Assembly (NCBI GenBank): GCA_977017645.1
Contig: OZ360227.1
Coordinates: forward strand, 102,734,001-102,798,000
From: Torpedo marmorata
Lineage: Eukaryota
Reading direction: 5' to 3'
DNA length: 64,000 nucleotides
The position numbers were made by a program, and so were the translations under genes. The notes under the pieces were generated by a model, which was given only the letters and a program-made list of their open reading frames with translations, was not told the origin of the DNA and did not search any database. Below are positions 25,228 through 37,270 of the stretch, piece after piece; position 1 is the stretch's first letter, and the number at the start of each line of letters is the position of its first letter.

Positions 25228-26439
25228 AGATATCATAAAAGGTGCAAGTCCTTCAGTTTTAGTTCAAGTCAAAACAGAGCATATTGTTGAAGTTGCAGTG
25301 AGGAATAACTGGTCACAAAAAAGCAGAGGGAATTGATCCTTCGGAAGTTGTAATTTTGTCAAAAGGCGAATGATTTATGGAACAGGACACCAGTGGAGAT
25401 AGTGAAGATTGATACTTGAACAAAATCATAGACTTCTTCAAAAAAAATTCAAGATTCAGCAAAATTAGTATACTCTTGAAAATAATTAAAATGTTTGGTA
25501 ACTCTTGGGATATGACTGCAAGAACAAAGAGTAGTGCTTGACAGATCACTCTTAAATCAAGATTCAGGTACTCAATTTTCTTATCCCTGGATTTAAGGGA
25601 AAAATAGGGCTTCCAGTCATTTGAAAGAAGTGAGGGGTTTTATACGGAGATGTTATCAGTTGAACGATGGGGGTCAAGCACAAGCATAACTGCTCCTGAA
25701 CTTATCAAAGAACAAAATATTTAGAATTCTCCAATTCATGAAAAAGTTCAAAACTGAATGGGTGCAGCCTTAGATACTCAGCACTTTTACTTGTTCTACC
25801 TGAAAATCTGTATGCTTTAATGCAGTCATTCTGACAAATGTGGAAATAAAGTAGCCTCGAAATGGAGCACACTAATGAGTTTCAACAAGTGTGCACCTGT
25901 ACAGGGAATTGACTTCTGGATGTCATGTTTCCTTTATCATACAATACCGCTAACAAGGTTACATTTTTAAAAAAATGTCCGTCAGGACTCACCATGACAA
26001 CGCCATCATCCATGTGCCAGCACAACTCCATAACAGACTCCTGTAGCAAAATTTTATCCCCACTAACCAAGTTGCAAAATGATGTTATCACCATGATATT
26101 GGCACTGACTATTCAATAGCAAACAACAGCTTGCATTAAAAGACTATTCCTCTCCTAGTGGCAATGCCAAGGGTACTTGTAGATTTTTTTTCCCACCATC
26201 CCATTTGGGATGTTGATTAGCAAAGACTTTTGCAGTACTGTACTATGTTACAGACAATGCCAGTAGTATTCATGAGCTTTGTCAGTTGTCAATGTCTCTG
26301 CTCTTGATTGGCAGCAGACTGGGAGCACACTATTCGGCCTGTTCCTTTTGGTCAAAGATAATACTCGCCTAGAAGAATAGTAACTAGTAAGTGAATATAC
26401 TTTGAGGGAATCTACAGAAAGCCCAGGTGCAGGAATCTT

Positions 26440-27090
26440 GAGCAAACAGAATGTGTTGAAAAGTCAGTCAATGTTTCAGGTCAGGATCCTTTATCAAGAC
26501 TAAGTTAAAAAGGATAAATTACATATATAAAGAGGGAGGGGCCCAGAGATGACAGAACATGTGAGAAGTGGAGCGAGAAGTGGAGAAGTAGAGGGAAAGA
26601 CCACTAGGAAAGGGGAGGGGGTAAGAAAAGTCAGAGGGGAATGAAGTAGGTAAAGAGTCAGAAACGGTGGAGTGTGATGGGGTTATGGATTACCTAAAAT
26701 TGGAAATACAATGTGCATGTCAGTAGGTTTAAGGTTGCCTAGGAGGAATATGATGTGCTGTTCCTCAAGTTTCTCTCTTGCCCCTGTGTTTGGTCTCACC
26801 AATGTAGAGAAGGCCACACCAAGTCCACTGATTGCAGTGGATTATGTTGAATGATCTCATCTGGAAGATCTGTTTGTAGCCTTGGATGGAGATGTAGGGA
26901 CAAATTTTGCACTCTCTGCAATTACATCGAGAAGTGCACAAGGGGGTGGAAGGGTGGGTGGGGAGGAAAGAACAGACTATGGAGTCTCAGAGAGACTTAC
27001 CCCTGTGAAAAGCAGATAGGATGGAGAGGGGAAGATGTGGTGGTAGTGGGATCGCAAAGAAGTTGGCGGATGTGTCGGAGGATAAAGTGT
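26440..27090 (-). mobile_element. Old Penelope-like remnant
   Basis: Hammerhead-like tail on the minus strand (TAGTC TTGATAA AGGATCCTGACCT GAAACATT GACTG), plus GGAATATGATGTGCTGTTCCTC and CCAATGTAGAGAAGGCCAC segments shared with other copies. Confidence 0.65.
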
Positions 27091-27354
27091 CAGGACCGAA
27101 GCCCTGCTGTAATCACAGAAAGTGGAAAACTTGTCCCTCCTTTGCTTTCTGCTAAAAAAGTGTTTGCTATAATGAGATCTTGTTCCAAGTAATTTATCAA
27201 GAGCAGCAACCTATTGGAGTTATTTTTCCTCTTCCTGATCCTTTTCCATAGGGTTGTCCTTTTCAACTCTGGCATTGCAGTTGCCCAGAGATATCCTCTG
27301 GAATACCAAATGCGTTTCCCTCCCCACCCCCCAAGTTTGGAGTGGACATTCTCC

Positions 27355-28884
27355 ATTTAAAAAAAAAATATTTTATTTGTATTTTTTAAAGCCAAACATA
27401 TTATCAATAACAAAAATAATACATCATCAAATATAATATTCGTCTGTTGACTATTATACTAAAAAACAACAACAAAATTACAAACAAAGGAAAACCCACC
27501 CACCCAATTCCCCCCTAAATGAAAGAAAAGAGAGGAATAGAATAAGAAAAGGTTGAAATAGAAAAGGAAAGAAGACGTTGGAGGCTCGTCGCCCACCCCG
27601 CAGGCTTAAATTACTTGGCATACTCGGATTTCTGAAGAGGAAATGGACATAGGTCCTGGGGGCAAAGGGGGGCCTGGTTATAGATTTACAGCCATGTGTT
27701 GTAAATATGGAGTGCAAATCTTTAAAAATATATCATCTATTTCTAAGATTATAGGTAATCTTCTCAAGGGGAACACAACTGTACATTACCTCATTCCATC
27801 TTGTCATATCTAGATGGGAATCAGACTTCCATGTGACCGCTATACATTTTCTGGCCACCGCTAATGCAATCTTCACAAATTTTATTTGAAATTTTGACAG
27901 CCTCATCTTAGGTCTTACTACGGAGATATTGCCCAATAGAAATAATTCTGGGCATTGTGGGAACTGAAATTCTGTAATTTGTTCTAAGTCTGTCCAGAAA
28001 GGTTTTACTTTGAGGCATGACCAGGTTAAATGCAAAAACGTTCCTATTCCTTTGCTGCATCTAAAACATTTATCTGATATTTCTGATTTAAATTTATTTA
28101 ATTTTTGTGGCGTGAGATACAACTGGTGCAAAAAATTGTATTGCACCAGTATCCCAAATTTATTGTGTTTTTCATACTGTCCTGACATAAGTCGGACCAG
28201 TTTTGTTCATTAATTATTATATCCAAGTCTGACTAGATCTAAGTAGCCCCTGTTTAGGGGTTCCTTTTTGTAGTAAAAGATAGGCTGCTGAAATAAACTT
28301 CTTTGTGATCCCCTTTCGAATCAAAGTCTCCATTTCACTGCATTCCGGTAGGGTCATTGATGGGCCCAATTTATCCCTTAAGTAAGATCTCAGCTGGAAA
28401 TAGCAGAAGAGTGTATTATTCATAATACCATACTTATTTTTTAATTGTTCAAATGACATAAGTTGTCCCTGCTCGTAGTAATCCTCGACACATCTGATCC
28501 CCTTCCGGGACCAGGTGTCCAGGATCTTATTATCCATTGTAAAAGGTACACACCTATTTTGAGCCGGGGCATTTTTGGAGATAACCTCCCCTTATTCCCA
28601 ATTTGATAATTTATTTTATACCAGGTATCAATTATGTGTTTCAACAGGGGGGTTTCTTTCACACCGGATATTAATTTTTTTATCCAATTTGTATATAAAG
28701 TCTTCTGCTATCTTCTCTCCCACCTTATGCAGTTCCATCTTTACCCAGGAAGGCTTGTCTTCCCCTTCAAAGAAGGTGACAAATTTCATTTGGACTGCCC
28801 AATAATATTTTTTTTAATCTGGAAGTTGTAAACCTCCCAGTTCATATCTCCATGTTAATTTTTCCGTGGAGACTCTGGCTACCT
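27355..28884 (-). mobile_element. L1-clade LINE, 5'-truncated
   Basis: Minus ORFs FEQLKNKYG...YFQLRSYL and QYNFLHQLYLTP...CFRC...HLTWSC. A 13-bp TSD GTGGACATTCTCC is at 27342-27354 and 28885-28897. Confidence 0.92.
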
Positions 28885-28989
28885 GTGGACATTCTCCTTG
28901 ACCAGTTTGTAGCCTCCAAGGTTGAGGCATATGTGGTAATGACTATATCGCACTGGTTTCAATTGCTGCTACAATTAAGCTTAATTTTC

Positions 28990-29125
28990 CAACTATTTCT
29001 TCAAAGAATTCCAATAAATTGGTCAAACATGATTTTTCTTTGACAAAGCCATGTAGAATTTGCCTGATTACCTTGAATTTTGTGTCTTACTATAATGTCT
29101 TCGACAACAGCTTCCAACATTTTCT
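28990..29125 (-). mobile_element. Small CR1 RT fragment
   Basis: The minus strand reads HGFVKEKSCLTNLLEFFE. Confidence 0.7.
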
Positions 29126-31516
29126 GAGACAAACATTATTCCCCCAACATTCAAATCCTGAAGATCATTTGACTTACTTTTTTATTTTGTTTAGCAATTA
29201 TTTTCACTAACATCCTTTAGGGAAACAAGTTACCATCAACTTACTACCAACATTTGTGCTCTAAAATTTGCTTGCTTTAATATGAAATATATTGAATTAA
29301 TGTAAATTTTGTTGGGTGTAAAAATAATGCCGTTTAAAATGCATTCCACGGAAAGCAGTTTCTATAAATTGTCCAATTATTATGTCAAGGTGACAAGAAA
29401 TGTAGACTGGCTTAATTACCAGGAAAATAGGTTCTTCACTGGGAATGATAAATAGCACAGTTCATATTTGAACTTCATTGTACAAATTTATAAAAACTAT
29501 ATCATGTAATATTTTTATTCACCTGATCATTCAGAAAGGAATAAGAAAAAACAATAATAGTAGAACGAAGTGAAATCTGACACACATTTCCTTTTTAAAT
29601 TCATATTTGTTATCAGCAAAATATTTTTGGAAGGAGAAGTATCTGGAACAATCCTTATCTGGTTTATGTGTGTGTTACATGCTTAGTTAAATACATTAAA
29701 TTATTTGGAGAATTAATATTCATCGGTACTACAAAAATTCAACATCCTGAGCACCCTGAGCCCCCTATAGGTAGAACCAGGCAGGAGCCAGTATCGGGAT
29801 TTGTTTACCGAGCCGACAAGAAATAACATCCAGTTTTGTTATTTTGCACCATCCTTAACATCTCAATATATCTGTAAATGTCAGTAAATTTAAATAATCA
29901 AGAACAAAGGAGATTTAGTTTTGGTCATTACCCTTAATATATCACGATTTTCTGGGAATATAAAATTCCCAAGTGCTTCATCAGCAGAAGGGGCAAAAAT
30001 AAAAAGAAAGAAACAAAATACATAGATTATGTTTAAAGCATCACTTAAGACAGCAAGGTCAAAGGGTTAAGCCAGTAAGCTGCCCTCAGCAGCAGGATAA
30101 CAAATTTTCTCATTCACATACAATCTCCACTAATGGTCACTTTATGCAGCAGGATTAGTGCAACATTGTGAACAGATCCAAAATACCAATTTCAGACTGC
30201 TGATCATCAGCCAAGTATCATTTAATGGAATCACAGTATTGTCAGGAACTACATGTAAATGACATTGCTGGTGCATTTTTGTGAAAATTATATTCCTCCC
30301 ACCAAGGTCTCAGAGGTCTGTTTATACTCAATGTAATAATGACAACAAATGTTTTAATTTTCACAGCAGTACACTTTAGGTTAGTGTTGATCAATAATTT
30401 AGTTAACTGACTAAAATAATATTTGAACCACTTGTAACCCATTTGAATCACTTATGATGCAATTGAATAAAAATTAAAAGATATAGAATGGGTACATTTT
30501 AGGTGGACACTACGTAAAGATGATTGGCAAGTGCTTGGCTGACAAAATATAGTGTGCTGAGTGATGCAAATCTAAATAATTGGAAAATTTTATGCTTGGA
30601 TGAGGATAGTGCCTTTAAATACTATATTCTGCCTGTGTGAGAAATATTATACAACTGGAAGGGTATGATGACATTTAAATTAAAAATTTGGGATAAATGC
30701 AAGTCTAACCAAAGAATATCTAAACTGAAAGAACATTTCTGGGAAGTACTCGAAAAAAAATGACATTCTGTGGCAACATCCATTATTTGAAGCATTAAAT
30801 TGAAGCATTAAACAGTCACTTGTACAGCAGGAAGAAAACAAATGTTGATTATTAAAAAATTCTGGTGAAGCACATAGAAAATTCAGCACGTGTCCATGTC
30901 AGGTAATTGTGTGCTTCTTTATTGTTCAATGGGTCCTGCTCTCACTGCATAATTTGTTTGACTTGAGACATGCAGTTCCAGGCACAATCAGGAAAACCAC
31001 ATCTCCATGAGCCACAACCCAATGGTCCTTGAAGACACCTGTACATGCTACATTCAATAGATGGATTTCCCAAATACACCTGCTTGAATCTTGGAAGAGC
31101 CCCACCTTCAAAATAAAATGCAGGTTGCTGCTGCCCATTGCTGCCTCCATCCCAGCTCTCTTCCCAATCTCCTTCCTTACTAACCCAATGGTCACTGCTG
31201 GCACTACACAACACAATCTTCAATTCTAATTTGGTGGCAAACAGTCTGTAGCTTACCTGCTCAATCGTAGTGAGGGCTATACCCTAATATCAGTTGCGCC
31301 GACAGACTCGTCTTTCAGGGTTAGACTGTTCCATGCGTCTAAATTGCTAGCCTCATATACCTAAAAGTGTTAACCGATACAGTTTGTTATTGGGAAGAAA
31401 TTACTTCAGACTGAGTTTTGTACTTAGAATGTTCACATGTTGGCTAATCCGGAAAAAAAATAGGGCATACTAGTTCCACTAATTTTGTTTTGACAGGACA
31501 GCAGGATGGAAGGACC

Positions 31517-32112
31517 TGTAAGAGCCATAGGCTTGGTTACTTACCTTGGTCGCGGCGCTCCGATGGTCTCGGCGGGTTTCGGAGGAGACGCGGAGGTTGG
31601 TGGGCCATGCTGAGCCTATTTAGTACTCTGCGCATGCGCGGGAGTGCCGACCGGTGCATGCGCAGTGGGGAAATGGTTGGAGCATGCGCAGTTGGGAATT
31701 GACGGCAGTATGCGCGGTGGAGTGTGTGCGGTGTAGTATGCGCGGTGGAGCATGCGAAGTGAGCATGCGCGAATCGGGGAAAAAAGAATAGAAAAAGATG
31801 GCGGATTAGAGGAGGGTGAGTGAGATCACCATATCTTTCATTGAACGTTTAAAGTCGTTTCATTGAATGTTTAAAGACATTTAAAGGACGTTTAAAGGAA
31901 TAATTTAAAGGAATATATTAAGCATCGTTATCAAGAATTGTTTATATTTTGTTTAAAGAAGATATTTAAGTCATTGAAGATTGCTACAAGTCACGTGTGT
32001 AAATAAAGTTTTTTGAACCTACTGGACTTGTTAGTAAATTAATTGAAACGCGTCAAGAACAAGTGTCTCACCTAGCCTCCAAGTGACTATTTGTTGGTTT
32101 GAAGTCACTATA
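31517..32112 (+). mobile_element. Probable solo LTR (596 bp) with a CpG-rich promoter-like core
   Basis: It starts TGTAAG and ends CTATA (TACA expected). GGACC flanks both sides (31512-31516, 32113-32117). AATAAA is at 32002-32007, about 105 bp before the end. The GC/CpG-rich 5' half contrasts with AT-rich flanks. Confidence 0.6.
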
Positions 32113-33263
32113 GGACCTGATCAAATAATATTTTAATGTTTAATCATTTGTTACTGAATACATTAGAGAGAAAAGTACTGTCAAATAAATGAAAAATATA
32201 TACTAGAGATTTGATGGAGAAAAAAATCTAGCTACTGTATTTGCATAAATGTAATTTTTATTACTGTTACCTGACCAGAAGAAAGCGTTTGACAAAAGCT
32301 AAAAAAAAGTACAACAATCAAGTCCAAATAGAAAATGAAAACACATGACAAATAGAGAATCTCAAGAATTTTATTAAACATGTAAAAACATTACACAGAC
32401 CATGTACAATATATTTAAACAGGACCATCCTTTAAGGCTTTGTGTTTCTGGGTCTGATTTGGTCACACATTACATATCATTAGCAAATTATGTTTATTTT
32501 TGGAAACAAACAAGTTTGAAGAAATTTCTTGATACAGGTAAAACACAGTAATAAGGCTTGACCAATGAGTTCTGCCTAAAGTTTTATAAAGTTACAATAA
32601 AGAAATTGTATCACGACACAAGAGCAGCATTCAAACAAAAGTTTTCTTTAGCAGCAACAATACAAAGTTATTTCACTCAGTTTGGTCTGTACTGAACAAT
32701 CAACTGTACAAGTGAAACACACTCTGTTGGTACATTACAGCTCACAAACACTGTTATATAAATATCTGCATGCATCCCTGATTTTTTTTAAAAATATTGA
32801 TGTTCCAGTAATAGGAATTTAGCAGGACATTAGCCTGTATCTTTCCTTGCCTGGCATCAAAAAATCTTAATGCTTCATTTGACAGAAGTAACTAGCTGCA
32901 TTAAACTGCCAACATTTAGATTGATTATGGATATGCATTTTAAAATTTCAAAATATTATACAACCCTGTGTACATCTAGAGAGAAAAGCTAAAGTAGGTT
33001 GATAATCAATATCCCTATTTTCTTCCTCTAAAATGCTCATGGGAGAGATCTTCTAAGCCAAATAGAAATGTTCAATCTAGTTTACTGGCTGACAGAGAAG
33101 GAATAAAATTAAAAACAAAAACACAAAATTACAGCTTTAGGTTTGCAAGCACATTTTTCATAAACATTGCATTGTCCCATCTTCATTAGAGTTTTCAGTG
33201 CAGTTAATGTTTAGGTGATGTATTTGGAGTGAAAAAACATGTAAATCTATATACCTGAAAAAG

Positions 33264-33293
33264 CATGTCCTGAACCATATGGTTCAGGACATG
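33264..33293. repeat. Perfect 30-bp palindrome CATGTCCTGAACCATATGGTTCAGGACATG
   Basis: The sequence equals its own reverse complement, with no spacer. Confidence 0.97.
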
Positions 33294-33994
33294 TGTAAAA
33301 TACTAGAAAACAATTGTGCAGTACATAATACACGATTTAGCTCTGTAAAATAGTTCAAAGAAACTCCAAAATGAGAACATGTCTGAACTTAGAGATTCAC
33401 ATAAATAAGTATTGTTGAAATGCTAACTTTAAAAAAATCAGTTCAAACAAGTTTAAAATACACATAGTACTTTAGAGCATTATGTAGTACAGAAATGCTT
33501 CTCGACAGAAATTTAAGGTAAATGGCATTATTACTTGGGAAAATATCCATTAAAGTCAGAGTAGAGATTTCAACACAACATAAAAACATCCTTTAATGCT
33601 AAAGTTAAAGATTAACTGAACAAATGAGATAAAATGCACATGGTATTCACTGATAACAGATGCACTCCTTGTCCAAGATACAATTACCTCAAAAATAACA
33701 AATTATAAAACACATTTTTCTCTTATCTGAACCAACATTTAAAAAAATGATTTATTGTTCATTTATTCTTGAGAGATCTTTATATGCATTAATTGGATGC
33801 TGATAATGCCAATGAGGTCTGTCAACACATTTCAAAAGATATGTATTGGCTGTGTAGTTTCTGAGATGAGATGTGTCCTCCACATCTCATTTAGCACTTA
33901 GTAAGAAATGAAACTTCCTTTCCAGCACACCCTCACTATAACACTTCAAAAGAGATTCCATGCAAAAATCTAGACTGCCTTATAAACTAGGTGC

Positions 33995-34420
33995 TAGCCT
34001 AGGTTCAATGGTAGCACACTTAACTGAATCGGAAGATTATGAATTCAAATCCAACCCCAGGGATTGAAATGCACAATCCAGGTAGATAGCTCAGTAGTGG
34101 TCGTGAGGGAGCACATTATTCTTAGGAATGCCATCGCCCCCATGTTTGTTTTAAATATTACCCATCTTTGTAAACAAGGGTGGGACTGTTTGAACAATGG
34201 GAACCTCTCACCAACATTCTGGCCAAGTTTTATCCCTCAAGCTACATCATTTCAAAACAAAAAGCATCAATTCAGTATCACATCATTTATTCAGGGTCTT
34301 TCCTACCCTATTTCTCAACATTACAACAGTAAATAAGATTTTCAAACATTCCCTCGTAACCTGTAATGAGCTTTGGGCCATCTGAAGTTGTAATACAGAC
34401 CTGATAAATTAATTCCTTCC
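33995..34420 (+). mobile_element. Deu-SINE-like remnant
   Basis: tRNA-like head GGTTCAATGGTAGCACACT...TTCAAATCC, then TGGCCAAGTTTTATCCCTCAA and ACATTACAACAGT segments. Confidence 0.6.
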
Positions 34421-34504
34421 TCAATTATTTTTCATTCATTACAACGATACCAACTCACCTAAATTACATACTTTAAAACAGTAAACACCCATAAGAGTGA
34501 TACA

Positions 34505-34655
34505 GAGGCAGAGTGAGTAGAACCACTGCGTCTCAGTGGCAGAGACCAAAGTTCAAACCTGACCTCCAGAGCAATATTGTGGAGTCAGCACATTTTTAGG
34601 CCATTTTTCTCCATGTGCTCTGGTTTCCTGCCACATCCCAAAGACATGCAGGATT
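34505..34655 (+). mobile_element. V-SINE-like fragment
   Basis: GTGCTCTGGTTTCCTGCCACATCCCAAAGACATGC V-domain. Confidence 0.6.
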
Positions 34656-35684
34656 TTCTTAAATTCTATTCCTCCTTTAAAGGATACAAGCACGGAACAT
34701 TTCCCAGAGATTATGATAACTACTGAAGTGTGCATTGGCTTTCCCTCCATTTTCTATATTTGGCATTTGTACAAATAGCAAGGGAACTTACCATGAAGAA
34801 AGCTGGTCTAGGATTTGATGGAAAGTTGCAATACATTAATCAACCAATTAATGCATTAATGAGCTGTATTGCCGGGATGTGAATGCCAGCTAGATACCTA
34901 AAATTCAAATATTACTTCAGTACTTCTTTCACAAAACAGTGGTTTTGGCATATTTTCAAGAGCAACTGAAGGAAAAATCAGTTCTGCTTGCGTGAACACT
35001 TCCTTTCTGCTTTTAAGGACTTGGTACCATAGATTTTCTAGGTCATACCTATTAGGTAATTGTGATGTTATGCTCAGTTCCAAACATAACACGAGTTGTC
35101 TTACTAGCAATAGATGTTAAAATATTAATCAGCAGTTTTTCAACAGCTAACTTAAGCTGTATAGTTCATGAAGTATTAGCACGTTTGTAATTGACAAATT
35201 GATAACACACACTGAATGAATTTGGTAACTCCTTTAAAAAAGCTACAAAATAAAATACTTTTGAATGCCTATTTATAAAAACCAACCAAGCTAAAGTGAT
35301 CTTTAGCAAGATTTAATCTATATTCTTGTCACTGCAAAATTAATCTTTCAAAATAAAATCTCATAAGAATGCTGACTTTTTTTCAATACATGTGTCTTTA
35401 TATGTAAAATTACAAAAAATATGAATAAAGTAATTATAAAGCATGAACTACATAAACTCTGTGATTTCATCATTTGTACCTGGAATTTTGCAAAGCACCC
35501 ATAGTACTCTACTCCAATTTCCAGAGACATGACTGGTTTGGCTTGCGAGGTCTGCTGCAGAAACAGGTAGCAATGGTGCACAGGCCCCAGAGGTGGCCAA
35601 GAGAGAGGCCAGAAACCCAGAAGTGAGAGGCCAAAGGCTCCAGGTGGGGTGGGGTGAGGGGAGGGGGGTGCTGGGAAAGAAAGA

Positions 35685-35870
35685 AGAACTGCAGATGCTG
35701 GAAATCTGAAATAAAAATAGAAAATGCTGTAAAAACTCAGTCAGCCCGCATCCGTGGAAAGAGAAACAGTTGATATTTCGGGTCTGCAAACCTTTGTCAG
35801 AACTGGGAAAGAGGGACAAGGGAAGGATGTGTAGAATAAAGGAAATGTCTGTGATAGGGTAGGTTGAGAT
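35685..35870 (-). mobile_element. Penelope-type tail remnant with a hammerhead-like motif
   Basis: The minus strand at 35767-35805 reads CAGTT CTGACAA AGGTTTGCAGACCC GAAATATC AACTG, with a perfect CAGTT/AACTG stem I. Confidence 0.6.
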
Positions 35871-36699
35871 GACTTAATGCTGACATTTACCCGGCACAAT
35901 AAGCTCCTTGGTATGTGTAATATGTTGTTAATTGTAAGGTTGTGGGAATTGCCCAACAGGCCAGACTTGTACATGTTCGACAAACAAAACTGAACCAACA
36001 TGATATAAAAATAGAAAACAGAAAATGTTTGAAAAAGTAAGCAGGGAGCATTGGTTAATATTTCAGATGAAGGGCCCTTCAAGTCTGAGAAAGAAAGAAA
36101 CCAGATAGCCTCAATAGCAGCAAATGTGGGGAGGGAGATGGGTGGAACAAAGGGAATTTCTCTGATAAAATGAAACCATATGACAGAGTGGATCAGATTA
36201 AGCTACAATCAATGTGTAATTTGTTGCTACGATTCCACAATATTGGGACATGCCCAGCAGAGTAGACTTAACAAAGAGAGGAAAAGAAGAAATGATGACA
36301 GGCAGAAATGATTCTTGCATGGACAAGGAAAAAAAAGAGACATTATCTGAAGTTGGAGAATTTGATATAGTCCCTGGACAAATGATGAGGTGTCGTTCCT
36401 TGAGCTCTGGGTTCATTGGGTCATTCCTGCAGAATGTCCATGTAATTGCTTTTGGCTTTTCCAATGTAGAAGAGAAAGTCACATTGAATCTCTCTCTTTC
36501 CCAGTTTTGACAAAGGGCGGCAGACCTTCTCTTTCAAAAGATGCCACCTGATCTACTGAGTTCTTCCAGCATTACCCCAGGAGGAGAGCTGCTGACATTC
36601 TGAAAAACATGGTTAATGGGTTAAATTAATATTTCTCAATCTGTGGTCTGTGGATTTGTTATTGATGGTCTGCAGTGATAAGGTAACACATTGGCAACA

Positions 36700-37270
36700 A
36701 TGTCCTCATTGGCAACAATGACGAGCCGGCTTACAGAGAGGAGGTTGGGTGGCTCGTAAAATGGTGCGAGAACAACAACCCGAGTCTCAACATGGACAAG
36801 GCAAAGAGATGATTGTGAACTTCAGGAGGACAAAGGTCGATCACTCTCCATTAGACATCTATGCTTCTGACGTGGAGAGCACAAAGTTCCTTGGTGTGCA
36901 TATAAAGGATGACGAATCCTGGACCCACAACACCTCCTCATTAATCAGGAAGTCGCAGCAGTGCTAACACTTCCTAAGGAGATTGAGAAGGCAAGGGCTA
37001 CCAGCCCCCATCCTGACAACATATTACAGGAGCACAATAAAGAGTGTCCTTTCTGGCTGTATCATGTGTGGTAATAAGATGCAAAGCTTCGGACCGGGGG
37101 TCAATAGAGGGGATCAACAAAACGGCTGAGAAGATCACTGGTTTCTCCCTTTCCTCTATTGACGACATTTACCAGGAGTGTTGCTTAAATAGGGCTCAAA
37201 GAATTGAAGGGCCCTTTCCATCCAGCACACAGCATATTTGACCCACTACCATCAAGGAGGAGGTACAGAA
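36700..37270 (+). mobile_element. Older Rex1-like LINE fragment (its 3' tail reappears at ~39431-39527)
   Basis: KEMIVNFRRTK...KFLGVHIKDDESW. Same family as 826-1940, whose AAACTTGAAC tail is seen at ~39518-39527. Confidence 0.75.

Noticed and set aside
31327-32061. Alternative LTR boundaries TGTTC...GAACA
   Set aside because: No flanking TSD; the 31517-32112 boundaries have matching GGACC flanks.
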